From an uncultured bacterium (GTDB lineage: Bacteria > Planctomycetota > UBA1135 > GCA-002686595), in assembly GCA_943787795.1 (NCBI GenBank), contig CALSNU010000004.1, forward strand, positions 480,001 to 544,000: a stretch of 64,000 nt of DNA, given 5' to 3'. Positions within the stretch are counted from its first letter, which is position 1. Each line of letters begins with the position of its first letter. Below are positions 21,520-30,353 of the stretch, piece by piece. The position numbers and the translations under genes were made by a program. The notes beneath the pieces are model-generated. The model was not told the DNA's origin and searched no databases. It saw only the letters and a list, made by a program, of their open reading frames with translations.

Positions 21520-23535
21520 TCAGCTGCTACCGATCTTGCCGGCCTGAATACGCTCCGAGAGGATCACGGCGAGCCCGCGAATTGTGGGCTGGTCGAAGAA
21601 GTCGCGGATGTCGAGGCCGCCGGGATAGCGGGCCTCGATCAGCCCGTGGATCTCGGCGAGGTCGATAGAGCTCATCCCCTGCTCGAAGAGGTTGTCCTCC
21701 GGGCCGAAGCGCAGCCCGTCGAGCACGTCAGCGCAGAAGCCGCACATCATCGCTTCGATGTCCACCGGGGCACCCGAGCCACCGGGCGGCTCCGGGCTGG
21801 CCTCCTGCGCGCCCGCCGCGGCAGCATCCGCCGCGGCAGAATCCGCCGCGGCAGAATCCGCCGCAGCGGCCGCCGGCGCCTCCGACGGCGGCGGCGCGAG
21901 GACGGCGAGCGCCTCGTCGAAGTCCCCGGCGAGCAGGTCCGCCGCGAGCCGCGCCCGCTGGACCTTGCCGCTCGTGGTCCGCGGGATCTGCTGGACCGGA
22001 ACCACGAGGTCGACGCCGATGCCGTAGACGTCCGACAGGTGCTGCCGCGCGGCGACCGCGGTGTCCGCGAAGCTCGCCGGGTCGCCCCGGTGCACCATGA
22101 ACACCGCCGCCTCCTCGGCGGCCCCCGCGCGCTGGACCGCAGCCACCGCCACCCGCAGGGCGTCCACGCCCAGCGCCGATTGGAGGCTCTCTTCCAGGTC
22201 GTGCGGGTACAGGTTCTGGCCGTTGACGATCACCAGGTCCTTGAGACGCCCGGTGATGTGCAGGGCGCCGTCTCGCATGAAGCCCAGGTCCCCGGTGTCG
22301 AGCCAGCCCTCGCCCTGCAGCGCCGCGGCCGTGGCCGCGGGGTCATCGAGGTACCCCTCGGTGACGTTGTCACCACGGATCCAGACGCGGCCGACGTGGT
22401 CCTCAGGGAGGCCTCCACCGTCTGCGCCCGTGATCCGAACCTCCACCCCGGGGAGCGGCCGGCCACAGCCCACCGTCACCATGGCCTCTTCTCCGCCCGT
22501 CTCCTGGACCCGATCTCCGAGCCCTGAGGCCTCGCGGGCCAGTCGGATGCCCTGGATGATCTCGCCGGCGGCGGGGAAGGTGACCGCCAGGGTGGCCTCG
22601 GCCAGGCCATAGACCGGGAAGATGGTCGAGCGGGCCAGGCCGACCGGCGCGAGGCGGTCGAGGAACTCCTCGGAGAGGGCCAGGGAGATGGGCTCCGCGC
22701 CGTTCATGATCAGCCGCACGCCGGAGAGGTCCACGCCCTCGGGGATCCCCTTGCGGGCGATCGACTTCAGGGCATGGCGGTAGCCGAAGTTCGGGGACGA
22801 CAGGATGGTCGACCCGAGGGCCGCGGCGTCCTGGAGCCAGACCAGCGGGGTGCGCGCGAAGGCGGAGGTCGGCATCAGCGCCTGATCAGCTCCCCAGCGC
22901 AGGGGCGCGAGGTGGAACCCGACGAGCCCCATATCGTGGGAGAGCGGCATCCAGCTGAACGTCCGGTCGGCCGCGCCGAGCCCGATCCCCTCGCCGATGG
23001 AGCGCAGGTTGGCGAGGGCCTGGCCCTGACGGATCATGACGCCCTTCGGCGCCCGGGTGGAGCCCGAGCTGAACTGGATGAAGGCGAGCTCGTCCGACTC
23101 ACGCGGTACCTCCTGCCCGGGGACGCCGCCACCGACGGGCCAGGTCCAACGCTCGGCGAGGTTCGCCTGGTCGAGCAGCCCGAGCCCGGCCTCCTCGATG
23201 ACGAGCGCCGCGCCCGCGCGTCGCTCGAGGATGTCGACGATCTTCGACCGGCTCGACTCGTTGGAGGGCGGCGCGAGGGGCACCGCGATGAGCCCGCCGA
23301 GCTGGCACGCCCAGAAGATCTCAACAAACGCGGCGGGGTCATCCACGGGCATCACGACCTCCTGACCGCGCGTGATCCCCGCGCGCTGGAGGTCTCCGAG
23401 CCGCTCGAGCGCGGCATCCCGCAGCTCGTCGACGGTCATCCATCGGTACTGGCCAGGCTTCTCGAAGAAGCCGAGCCGCTGCTCCCCGCTCCGCTCGGTG
23501 CGGAGGAGGTCGACGAGGGTCTTGGGTTCGGACAT
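21520..23535 (-). CDS. fatty acyl-AMP ligase-type adenylation domain fused to a carrier (ACP/PCP) domain
   Basis: FIQFSSGSTRAPKGV, WMPLSHDMGLVG, YGLAEAT, TGDLGF, PRTTSGKVQR; carrier motif LFEQGMSS. Confidence 0.9.
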   Translation of the reverse strand: MSEPKTLVDLLRTERSGEQRLGFFEKPGQYRWMTVDELRDAALERLGDLQRAGITRGQEVVMPVDDPAAFVEIFWACQLGGLIAVPLAPPSNESSRSKIVDILERRAGAALVIEEAGLGLLDQANLAERWTWPVGGGVPGQEVPRESDELAFIQFSSGSTRAPKGVMIRQGQALANLRSIGEGIGLGAADRTFSWMPLSHDMGLVGFHLAPLRWGADQALMPTSAFARTPLVWLQDAAALGSTILSSPNFGYRHALKSIARKGIPEGVDLSGVRLIMNGAEPISLALSEEFLDRLAPVGLARSTIFPVYGLAEATLAVTFPAAGEIIQGIRLAREASGLGDRVQETGGEEAMVTVGCGRPLPGVEVRITGADGGGLPEDHVGRVWIRGDNVTEGYLDDPAATAAALQGEGWLDTGDLGFMRDGALHITGRLKDLVIVNGQNLYPHDLEESLQSALGVDALRVAVAAVQRAGAAEEAAVFMVHRGDPASFADTAVAARQHLSDVYGIGVDLVVPVQQIPRTTSGKVQRARLAADLLAGDFDEALAVLAPPPSEAPAAAAADSAAADSAAADAAAAGAQEASPEPPGGSGAPVDIEAMMCGFCADVLDGLRFGPEDNLFEQGMSSIDLAEIHGLIEARYPGGLDIRDFFDQPTIRGLAVILSERIQAGKIGSS
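21821..21865. repeat. 15-nt tandem repeat x3 encoding the AADSA linker between adenylation and carrier domains
   Basis: GCAG(C/A)ATCCGCCGC(G/A) three times. Confidence 0.8.
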
Positions 23536-23547
23536 CGGAGGCGTTCG

Positions 23548-24885
23548 CTATCTGCGCGTGACGCTCAGCGGGATGGGGTCCCGCGCCCGGAGGTTGACGC
23601 CGGGCTCGATGGCCGGCGCCTCGGGGGTGAGCGCGTCGAGATGGTAGCGGGAGGACGCCCAGACGAGATGCTGGACCGTGGCGTTCAGGGCGAAGCCGTC
23701 CCCGGCGCAGCGGCGCGGCCCGGAGGAGAACGGGATATAGGCCCCCCGGACGGGGGCGATGCCGGACGCCGGGATCCGAGAGGGGTCGAAGCGCTCGGGG
23801 CTCTCCCAGTACGCCGGATGGCGATGCAGGATGTAGGGGGTGATCAGGATCTGGGTGCCCGCCGGCACCGGGTGCCCGGCGAGGACGTCGTCCTTGAGGG
23901 CCTTGCGCGTGAACATCCAGACCGGGGGATAGAGGCGCAGGGTCTCGTGAATGACCCGCGAGCCCAGGTCGTAGCGGCCCTGGACCATCTTGCCGTCCAT
24001 GATCGCAGGCCCGGCCTCGTCCACCTCCTCGGCGAGGGCGAGCTGGACGTCCTGGTGGCGGGCGAGCAGGGACCAGGCCCAGGCGGTGGTCGCCGCCGTG
24101 GTCTCGTGACCCGCGACCAGCAGCGTCATCAGCTCATCCACCAGCCCCTCCATGTCGAGGGGCTCCCCGGAGTCACGGTCCCGCGCGGCGAGGTAGCGCC
24201 CGAGGAAGTCCTCGGTCTCTCCGGCCGCCCCGCGGGCGCGGCGGGCCTCCACCAGCTCGCGGACCACCGGCCAGAGCTGGCGGAAGCGCATGGCGAACAT
24301 CAGGTCCCGCTGGACGGTGTCCACCACGAGGTTGAAGGGGTTCCCGCCCTCGCGCGCGTCGAGCGCCTCGAGGTCGTCTCCGAAGACCGAGCGGAGGATG
24401 ATCCGCAGGCCAAGGCGGTTGGCCTCATCCACGATGTCGAGCGGCTCGCCGCTGTCCGCGTGCGCTTCCCAGATCTCGGCGCGCTCCTCGATACAGCGGG
24501 CGATGAGCCCCCCCATGGCGCCGACGCTCGGTCGACTGAACGCGGGCTGAAGCATCTTGCGTCGCGTGCGCCAGTGATCGCCGTCCGACACGATGAGCCC
24601 GTCCCCCAGCAGCATCTTCACGCGCTCGAAGCCGACGCCCTTGCCGTAGTCGGGCTGCCGCCGCGTCAGGATCTCATGGATCGCCTCGGGATCGTTGAGG
24701 ACCCAGACCGGCAGGCCGCCGTCCCCGGCCACGTTGTCGGCGCCACCCTGCGGTGGAATGGCCCAGATGTCCCCGTACTCCGCGAAGCCTCGCTGGAGGA
24801 AGTCCAGGGTCTCCTGGTTCGCGTCGAAGGCGAAGGACGACCCGGGGCCAGGCATGGCGGCGTTGGATCGCGGCGTGGAGGTCAT
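23548..24885 (-). CDS. cytochrome P450
   Basis: AGHETTA I-helix, ETLR, PERF and heme motif FSSGPRRCAG. Confidence 0.95.
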   Translation of the reverse strand: MTSTPRSNAAMPGPGSSFAFDANQETLDFLQRGFAEYGDIWAIPPQGGADNVAGDGGLPVWVLNDPEAIHEILTRRQPDYGKGVGFERVKMLLGDGLIVSDGDHWRTRRKMLQPAFSRPSVGAMGGLIARCIEERAEIWEAHADSGEPLDIVDEANRLGLRIILRSVFGDDLEALDAREGGNPFNLVVDTVQRDLMFAMRFRQLWPVVRELVEARRARGAAGETEDFLGRYLAARDRDSGEPLDMEGLVDELMTLLVAGHETTAATTAWAWSLLARHQDVQLALAEEVDEAGPAIMDGKMVQGRYDLGSRVIHETLRLYPPVWMFTRKALKDDVLAGHPVPAGTQILITPYILHRHPAYWESPERFDPSRIPASGIAPVRGAYIPFSSGPRRCAGDGFALNATVQHLVWASSRYHLDALTPEAPAIEPGVNLRARDPIPLSVTRR

Positions 24886-24929
24886 GGCGTGCGATCCGGC
24901 TCTGGCTGGTGCGTGCGCGGACGCGGGGT

Positions 24930-25006
24930 TGGTGGGCCCTGAAGGACTCGAACCTTCGACCAAGCGATTATGAGTCACCTGCTCTAACCGACTGAGCTAA
25001 GGGCCC
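24930..25006 (-). tRNA. tRNA with CAT anticodon, probably tRNA-Ile2 (lysidine type)
   Basis: GGGCCCTTAGCTCAGTCGGTTAGAGCAGGTGACTCATAATCGCTTGGTCGAAGGTTCGAGTCCTTCAGGGCCCACCA: cloverleaf, encoded CCA, paired G1-C72, ileX-like anticodon arm. Confidence 0.93.
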
Positions 25007-25044
25007 GTTCGCCGCGTTCGGCGTCCAGAGGGTAACCTCTCGAC

Positions 25045-25587
25045 ATGCCGTCCACAGAGATCGATGTCCGGGGAGAGTTCACCCGCTTGCACGAGGCGTT
25101 TGACGCCTTCGAGTCCATCCGCCAGGAGGGCGAGGCCGCCTGCCGCGCCCGGGCCCCAGAGGTGTCCGGCTGGAGCGTCGAGCAGCACCTCTACCACATC
25201 GCCCTGGCCACCGATCTGGCGTTCCGCCACGTGAAGTCGCTGGTGGCCCGCAAGGGGCGCCTGATCCAGGAGGAGGGCGCGATCAAGGAGCGCGCGGCCC
25301 AGGTGCTGGAGAACGACGCCACGCCGCGCGGCGAGGCCCAGGCCCCGCGCATGGTCACCCCCGACGAGACCGTGGAGCCCCGCTTCCTCGAGATGGAGCT
25401 GGGCGGCAACCGCGAGGCCCTCGCAGGACTCGAGGCCATCGCCGACGAGATCTCAGCCGCTCCGTCCTGGATCCCCCACCAGGAGCTCGGCCCCCTGTCC
25501 GCCGCCCACTGGCTCCGCTTCTCGGCGCTGCACGCCCGCCACCACTGGGCCATCGTCCGGGACATCCGCTCCGCCCTCCAGAGCTGA
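25045..25587 (+). CDS. DinB/YfiT-like protein
   Basis: WSVEQHLYHI and C-terminal HARHH His motif. Confidence 0.8.
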   Translation: MPSTEIDVRGEFTRLHEAFDAFESIRQEGEAACRARAPEVSGWSVEQHLYHIALATDLAFRHVKSLVARKGRLIQEEGAIKERAAQVLENDATPRGEAQAPRMVTPDETVEPRFLEMELGGNREALAGLEAIADEISAAPSWIPHQELGPLSAAHWLRFSALHARHHWAIVRDIRSALQS

Positions 25588-25605
25588 CCCACTTCGCTCC
25601 CCATC

Positions 25606-26772
25606 ATGCTCGCCGCGCTCCTCGCCTCGCTGACCCTCGCCCCCCAGCTCCCGTCCCAGCCCAGCGTCGCCTCGAGCAGCGACAAGGTCGACGTCTGGAC
25701 CAGCGGCGAGGCGGGCTACCACACCTATCGCATCCCCGCCGTCCTGCGAGCCCCTGACGGCGCGTTGCTCGCCTTCTGCGAGGGTCGCAAGGGCGGGCGC
25801 GGCGACACGGGGGACATCGACCTGCTCATGAAGCGCTCCGAGGACGGCGGCGCCACCTGGGGCGAGCAGCGCGTCCTCTGGGACGACGGAGACAACGTCT
25901 GCGGGAACCCATGCCCCGTGCTCGACCGGGACACGGGGATGATCTTCCTCTTCCTCACCCACAACCTCGGCCACGACCACGAGAGCGAGATCATCGCTGG
26001 CACGTCCGAGGGCACCCGGACCGTCTGGGTCATGACCAGCGCGGACGGCGGCGCCGAGTGGTCCCAGCCGCGCGAAGTGACCGCCTCGACGAAGCGGAAG
26101 GGCTGGACCTGGTACGCCACCGGGCCCGGCGTGGGCATCCAGCTCGAGGTCGGCCCCCACGCGGGCCGGCTCGTCATTCCCTGCGATCACATCGAGGCCG
26201 ACTCCCGGCGCTACTACAGCCACGTCCTGCTCTCCGACGACCACGGCGCCACCTGGCGCATCGGCGGCCGCTCCCAGCGCGATCAGCTGAACGAGTGCCA
26301 GGTCGCCGAGCTCGACTCCGGTGAGCTCGTCCTCAACATGCGGAACTACAACCGCCAGAAGCGGGCCCGCGCCGTGGCGCGCTCGAAGGACGGCGGCGAG
26401 AGCTTCGGAGAGGTGACCTGGGACGAGGCCCTCCCCGAGCCCATCTGCCAGGCGGGGATGGTGACCGTCCACGCGTCCCGCGGCGGCGGGGTGGTCGAGC
26501 GCTGGGTGGCCTTCTCCAACCCGGCCTCCCCCGACCGGCGCGAACGAATGCTGGTGCGCGTGAGCTACGACGGCGGGCGCAGCTGGAACACCGCGGCCCT
26601 GCTCCACGGCAAGGCCGCGGCCTACTCCTGCCTGGTGGACCTCTCGGAGGGCAGCTCCAACGCCGTGGGGTGCCTCTACGAGCGCGGCAGGGAGAGCCCC
26701 TATGAGCGGATCACGTTCCAGCGCGTGCCGCTGTCGCCGCCGCGCCAGCCGGCGCCCGGCGCGGCGCGCTGA
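25606..26772 (+). CDS. secreted exo-alpha-sialidase (GH33)
   Basis: YRIP motif; five Asp-boxes (SEDGGATW, SADGGAEW, SDDHGATW, SKDGGESF, SYDGGRSW); NECQ; AYSCL; signal peptide. Confidence 0.92.
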   Translation: MLAALLASLTLAPQLPSQPSVASSSDKVDVWTSGEAGYHTYRIPAVLRAPDGALLAFCEGRKGGRGDTGDIDLLMKRSEDGGATWGEQRVLWDDGDNVCGNPCPVLDRDTGMIFLFLTHNLGHDHESEIIAGTSEGTRTVWVMTSADGGAEWSQPREVTASTKRKGWTWYATGPGVGIQLEVGPHAGRLVIPCDHIEADSRRYYSHVLLSDDHGATWRIGGRSQRDQLNECQVAELDSGELVLNMRNYNRQKRARAVARSKDGGESFGEVTWDEALPEPICQAGMVTVHASRGGGVVERWVAFSNPASPDRRERMLVRVSYDGGRSWNTAALLHGKAAAYSCLVDLSEGSSNAVGCLYERGRESPYERITFQRVPLSPPRQPAPGAAR

Positions 26773-26778
26773 TCTCCC

Positions 26779-28221
26779 TCAGGCCTGGTCGGCGGCACGG
26801 GCCACGATCATGGCGACGCAGGCGGTCAGCCGCTCCGCCATCTCGAGGTGCAGGAACTCGTTGGGCCCGTGGGCGTTCGAGCCCGGCCCCAGCACCCCGG
26901 TGATGACGAACTGCGCCTCCGGGAACGACTCGCCCAAGAGCCCCATGAGCGGGATGGTCCCCCCCTCCCCCAGGGACACGGCGTCCTTGCCGAAGAACTC
27001 GCGGCTCGACTCCTGGATGGCCCCGTCGAGCCAGGGAGCGAACGGCGGCGCGTTCCACCCCGTCGCGCCGTCGGCGTTCTCGAAGGAGACCTGGGCGCCG
27101 TAGGGGGGGTCGGACTCCAGGGCCTCCTTGACCGCGGCGAGCGCGGCGTCGGGGTCGGTGGTCGGCGCGGTCCGGAAGCTGAGCTTGAGGGCCGTCTCCG
27201 GGCGCAGCACGTTCCCGGCGTGCTCGAGGGGCGGCATCCCCGCCGCGCCCGTCACGGAGAGCGTCGCGCGCCACGTGCGCGCGATCACGCGCGACGTCGC
27301 GTCGGCGCCCATGGGCTGCACCCCGGGCTGAAACGGGTACTTGTCGTGCACGGTGTCCCCGAGCACGCCCGCAGCGGCCTCGGCTTGGGCCATCCGGTCC
27401 GCCGGGACCTCGGCGCGCAGCGCAGGCAGGATCACCTCGCCGGTGTCGGCGTCCTCCACCCGGTCAAGGAGCCGCCGCGCCACGCGGAAGCTCGACGGCA
27501 CCACGCCGCTCGCGTCGCCGGAGTGGATCCCCTCGGAGACGGTCGAGACCCGGAGGTCGCCGTTGACGTTGCCGCGCAGGGAGGTGCACAGCCACATCCG
27601 CTCGTAGTCTCCCGCGCCGCTGTCGAGGCACACCACGAGCCCCGGCGTCCCGATGCGCCCCTTGAGGTGGTCCACGTAAGCGGCGAGGTCCGGGCTCCCG
27701 CTCTCCTCGCTGGTCTCGATCAGGCAGACGCAGCGCGGGTGTGGCGCGCCCTGATCCTGCAGCGCTTCAAGAGCGCCGAGGGATCCGAACACGGCGTACC
27801 CATCGTCCGCCGCCCCGCGACCGTAGAGCTTGCCGTCCTCGACCACGGGCTCCCAGGGACCCTTGTTCTCATCCCAGCCGGTCACCTCGGGCTGCTTGTC
27901 CAGGTGGCCATACATGAGGATCGTGCCGCCGTCCGCGCCGGCCGGCATGCCAAAGGCGGGCACCTCCACGAGCAGCGTCGGCGTCAGGCCCTCGAGGCGG
28001 ATGATCTCGACGGTCATACCCGCGAGCTTCCGCTCGCGGCACCAGGCGGCCGCCAGCTCGACCGCGTCGTCCAGGAAGCCGTTGGCCGCCCAGTCCGCGT
28101 CGAAGGCCGGTGACTTGGCCGGGATACGGATGAAGTCGGAGATGGCAGGGAGGATCGAATCCCGCCAGGAGCGGGCGACGTGGTCCCGGAGCGCAGCCGG
28201 GTCGAGCGTGGCGGAGGTCAT
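26779..28221 (-). CDS. M20 family metallopeptidase
   Basis: YGHLDKQP, GRGAADDG, EESGS and NAHGPNE. Confidence 0.92.
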   Translation of the reverse strand: MTSATLDPAALRDHVARSWRDSILPAISDFIRIPAKSPAFDADWAANGFLDDAVELAAAWCRERKLAGMTVEIIRLEGLTPTLLVEVPAFGMPAGADGGTILMYGHLDKQPEVTGWDENKGPWEPVVEDGKLYGRGAADDGYAVFGSLGALEALQDQGAPHPRCVCLIETSEESGSPDLAAYVDHLKGRIGTPGLVVCLDSGAGDYERMWLCTSLRGNVNGDLRVSTVSEGIHSGDASGVVPSSFRVARRLLDRVEDADTGEVILPALRAEVPADRMAQAEAAAGVLGDTVHDKYPFQPGVQPMGADATSRVIARTWRATLSVTGAAGMPPLEHAGNVLRPETALKLSFRTAPTTDPDAALAAVKEALESDPPYGAQVSFENADGATGWNAPPFAPWLDGAIQESSREFFGKDAVSLGEGGTIPLMGLLGESFPEAQFVITGVLGPGSNAHGPNEFLHLEMAERLTACVAMIVARAADQA

Positions 28222-28241
28222 GACGCTAGTGTGCAGGGAAC

Positions 28242-30353
28242 ATGGTCCCCCGTCACCCCGCACGTCGCTGCGCCCTCGGGCTCCTCGCCCTCACGGCCGC
28301 CTGCGGCGGAGGCGACCTCGAGGAGCCCGAGGTACCGAGCCAGAGCCCCAATCCCGATCCCCCCACCGCCCGTTGGGGCCAGGTCGAGCAGTTCCAGGCG
28401 GACCTGCTCGCCCCCCGCCACCCCTCCGATGGCAAGGGCCTGGTCCGCGTGATCCGCGCTCCCGATCGAGTCGTCGCAGGCGGCGTTGGACGGTGGACGT
28501 TCGAGTTCGAGGTCGCGGAGACAGGGATCGCCCCGGGCGGCTCGATCCACTTCATGCCGGAGCCCTTCTGGGGCTGGTCGACGCCTCAGGTCCAGCGCGC
28601 GGAGCTGCCGGGCTACACCAACGTCGCTGTCAGCCGCGCGGAGACCACCCTGGCGGCCGAGACCTTCGGCGGCCAAGACTCGGGCCTGCTCATTCTCACC
28701 GTGGGCGGCGAGGGACTGGAGGGCGGCGACCTGGTCACCATCGACTACGGCGCCGGCCCCGCGGGCTCGAGGGCGGACCGATATGCGGGCCGCGACGCCC
28801 GGCTCTGGTTCTCGGTGGACGGCGACGGCGACGGGGTCCGGGCCATCCTTCCGGCCTCACCTTCGGTGGACGTTGCGCCGCGAGCACCTGAACGCGTGGT
28901 GGTGCTGGGCCCGAGCACCGCTCGACCGGGAGAGGTCCTGCGGTTCCACGTGTCGGCGCTGGACGGCTGGGCCAACCGAGCCCCGGAGGTGGATGGCACG
29001 CCGTGGATCGGCCGCGCCACGCTCAAGGTCCTGGGCGCTCTCTCAGGGGACGTCCCCCTGCCCGAGACCGTGGAGCTAGACGAGCAGGGGTTCGCGACCT
29101 TTGAGCTCATCGCCCCTGCGCTGGAAGCGCCGGAGGTCCTGCGGGTCGAGGCGGCGTTGACGCTACCGGACGGGTCCATCGCCCGATCCGTCTCCAACCC
29201 GCTCCTCGTCGACCTCGAGGCCCCCCGCATCCTCTGGGGCGATCTCCACGGTCACACGGGCCGCTCGGACGGGACCGGGGCCGTCGAGGACTACTTCCTG
29301 TACGCCCGGGACACCGCCCGCCTCGACGTCCTCGCCCTCACGGATCACGATCACTTCGGCCCCCGCTTCCTCGACGAGGTGCCCGCGTGGCAGGAGGAGA
29401 TGCGGGAGGTGACCGAGCGCTTCAACGCCCCCGGAGGGCTGGTCACGCTCCACGGCTACGAGTGGACCAGCTGGATCCACGGACACCGGCACGTCCTGCG
29501 CTTCGACGCTGGCGGCCCGATCCTCTCGTCCATGGACCCTGCGACGGACACGCCGGCAGAGCTGTGGGCTGCCCTCGAGGGCCAGCCGGCCATGACCATC
29601 GCACACCACAGCTCCGGGAACCCGATCCCCGTGAACTGGACGTACACGCCGGATCCGCTCATCGAACCCGTCACCGAGATCGTCTCCGTCCACGGCTCCA
29701 GCGAGGCGCGGGACGCGCCCCAGGTCGTCGCCGGCAGCCGAGACGGATGGTTCGTGCGGGATCAGCTCGATCGAGGCCTCCGCCTCGGCTTCATCGGCTC
29801 TGGAGACTCGCATGACGGACACCCCGGGCTCCCGCACCTGTCGCCCACCTACGGGTGGCGTCCGGCGACAGAGCGATCGGGGGAGGTCCCTGGCACCGGT
29901 GGACTGGCGGCGATCCTCGCCCCATCAGGCGGCCGGGCAGCAGTGATGGAAGCGCTCCGAGCGCGGGCCGCCTATGCCACGAGCGGGCCACGCTTGATCG
30001 CCCTCGTCGAGCGCTCTCCCGATGCCTCTGAAGGGAGCTCCAGGGTCAAGATCCGATTCCACGGCACGGCTCCATTGGACCGAATCGACCTCGTCCTGGG
30101 CCCGTCCATCGAGGGGGCTGCGGGGTCCGAGGTGCGCACCCTGCGCCCTGGAGCCGGCGGCGCTGATCGCCCTGATACGCAGGCGATGAGCCTCATGGAC
30201 GCCGCCTTCGAGGTCGACCTCCCCGAGACGCTCAGGCGCCGCTACTTCTACCTCCGGGTCGTCCAGGTCGACCGCGCGACCGCGTGGATCGGACCCTGGT
30301 GGCGAGACGGCCTCTCTGCCGGCGACCCTCAGGCCGAGCGGCGATCAGACTGA
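28242..30353 (+). CDS. lipoprotein PHP-like metallohydrolase (DUF3604/CehA-McbA type)
   Basis: Lipobox LTAAC; GDLHGHT, TDHDH, GYEWT, HRHV and GSGDSHDGHPG. Confidence 0.8.
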   Translation: MVPRHPARRCALGLLALTAACGGGDLEEPEVPSQSPNPDPPTARWGQVEQFQADLLAPRHPSDGKGLVRVIRAPDRVVAGGVGRWTFEFEVAETGIAPGGSIHFMPEPFWGWSTPQVQRAELPGYTNVAVSRAETTLAAETFGGQDSGLLILTVGGEGLEGGDLVTIDYGAGPAGSRADRYAGRDARLWFSVDGDGDGVRAILPASPSVDVAPRAPERVVVLGPSTARPGEVLRFHVSALDGWANRAPEVDGTPWIGRATLKVLGALSGDVPLPETVELDEQGFATFELIAPALEAPEVLRVEAALTLPDGSIARSVSNPLLVDLEAPRILWGDLHGHTGRSDGTGAVEDYFLYARDTARLDVLALTDHDHFGPRFLDEVPAWQEEMREVTERFNAPGGLVTLHGYEWTSWIHGHRHVLRFDAGGPILSSMDPATDTPAELWAALEGQPAMTIAHHSSGNPIPVNWTYTPDPLIEPVTEIVSVHGSSEARDAPQVVAGSRDGWFVRDQLDRGLRLGFIGSGDSHDGHPGLPHLSPTYGWRPATERSGEVPGTGGLAAILAPSGGRAAVMEALRARAAYATSGPRLIALVERSPDASEGSSRVKIRFHGTAPLDRIDLVLGPSIEGAAGSEVRTLRPGAGGADRPDTQAMSLMDAAFEVDLPETLRRRYFYLRVVQVDRATAWIGPWWRDGLSAGDPQAERRSD

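Noticed and set aside
24886..24978. N-terminal extension of the P450 ORF to 24978
   Set aside because: It overlaps the tRNA; the ATG at 24885 is the plausible start
20729..25006. tRNA-integrated genomic island
   Set aside because: No integrase and no duplicated tRNA 3' end (att site) seen in the window
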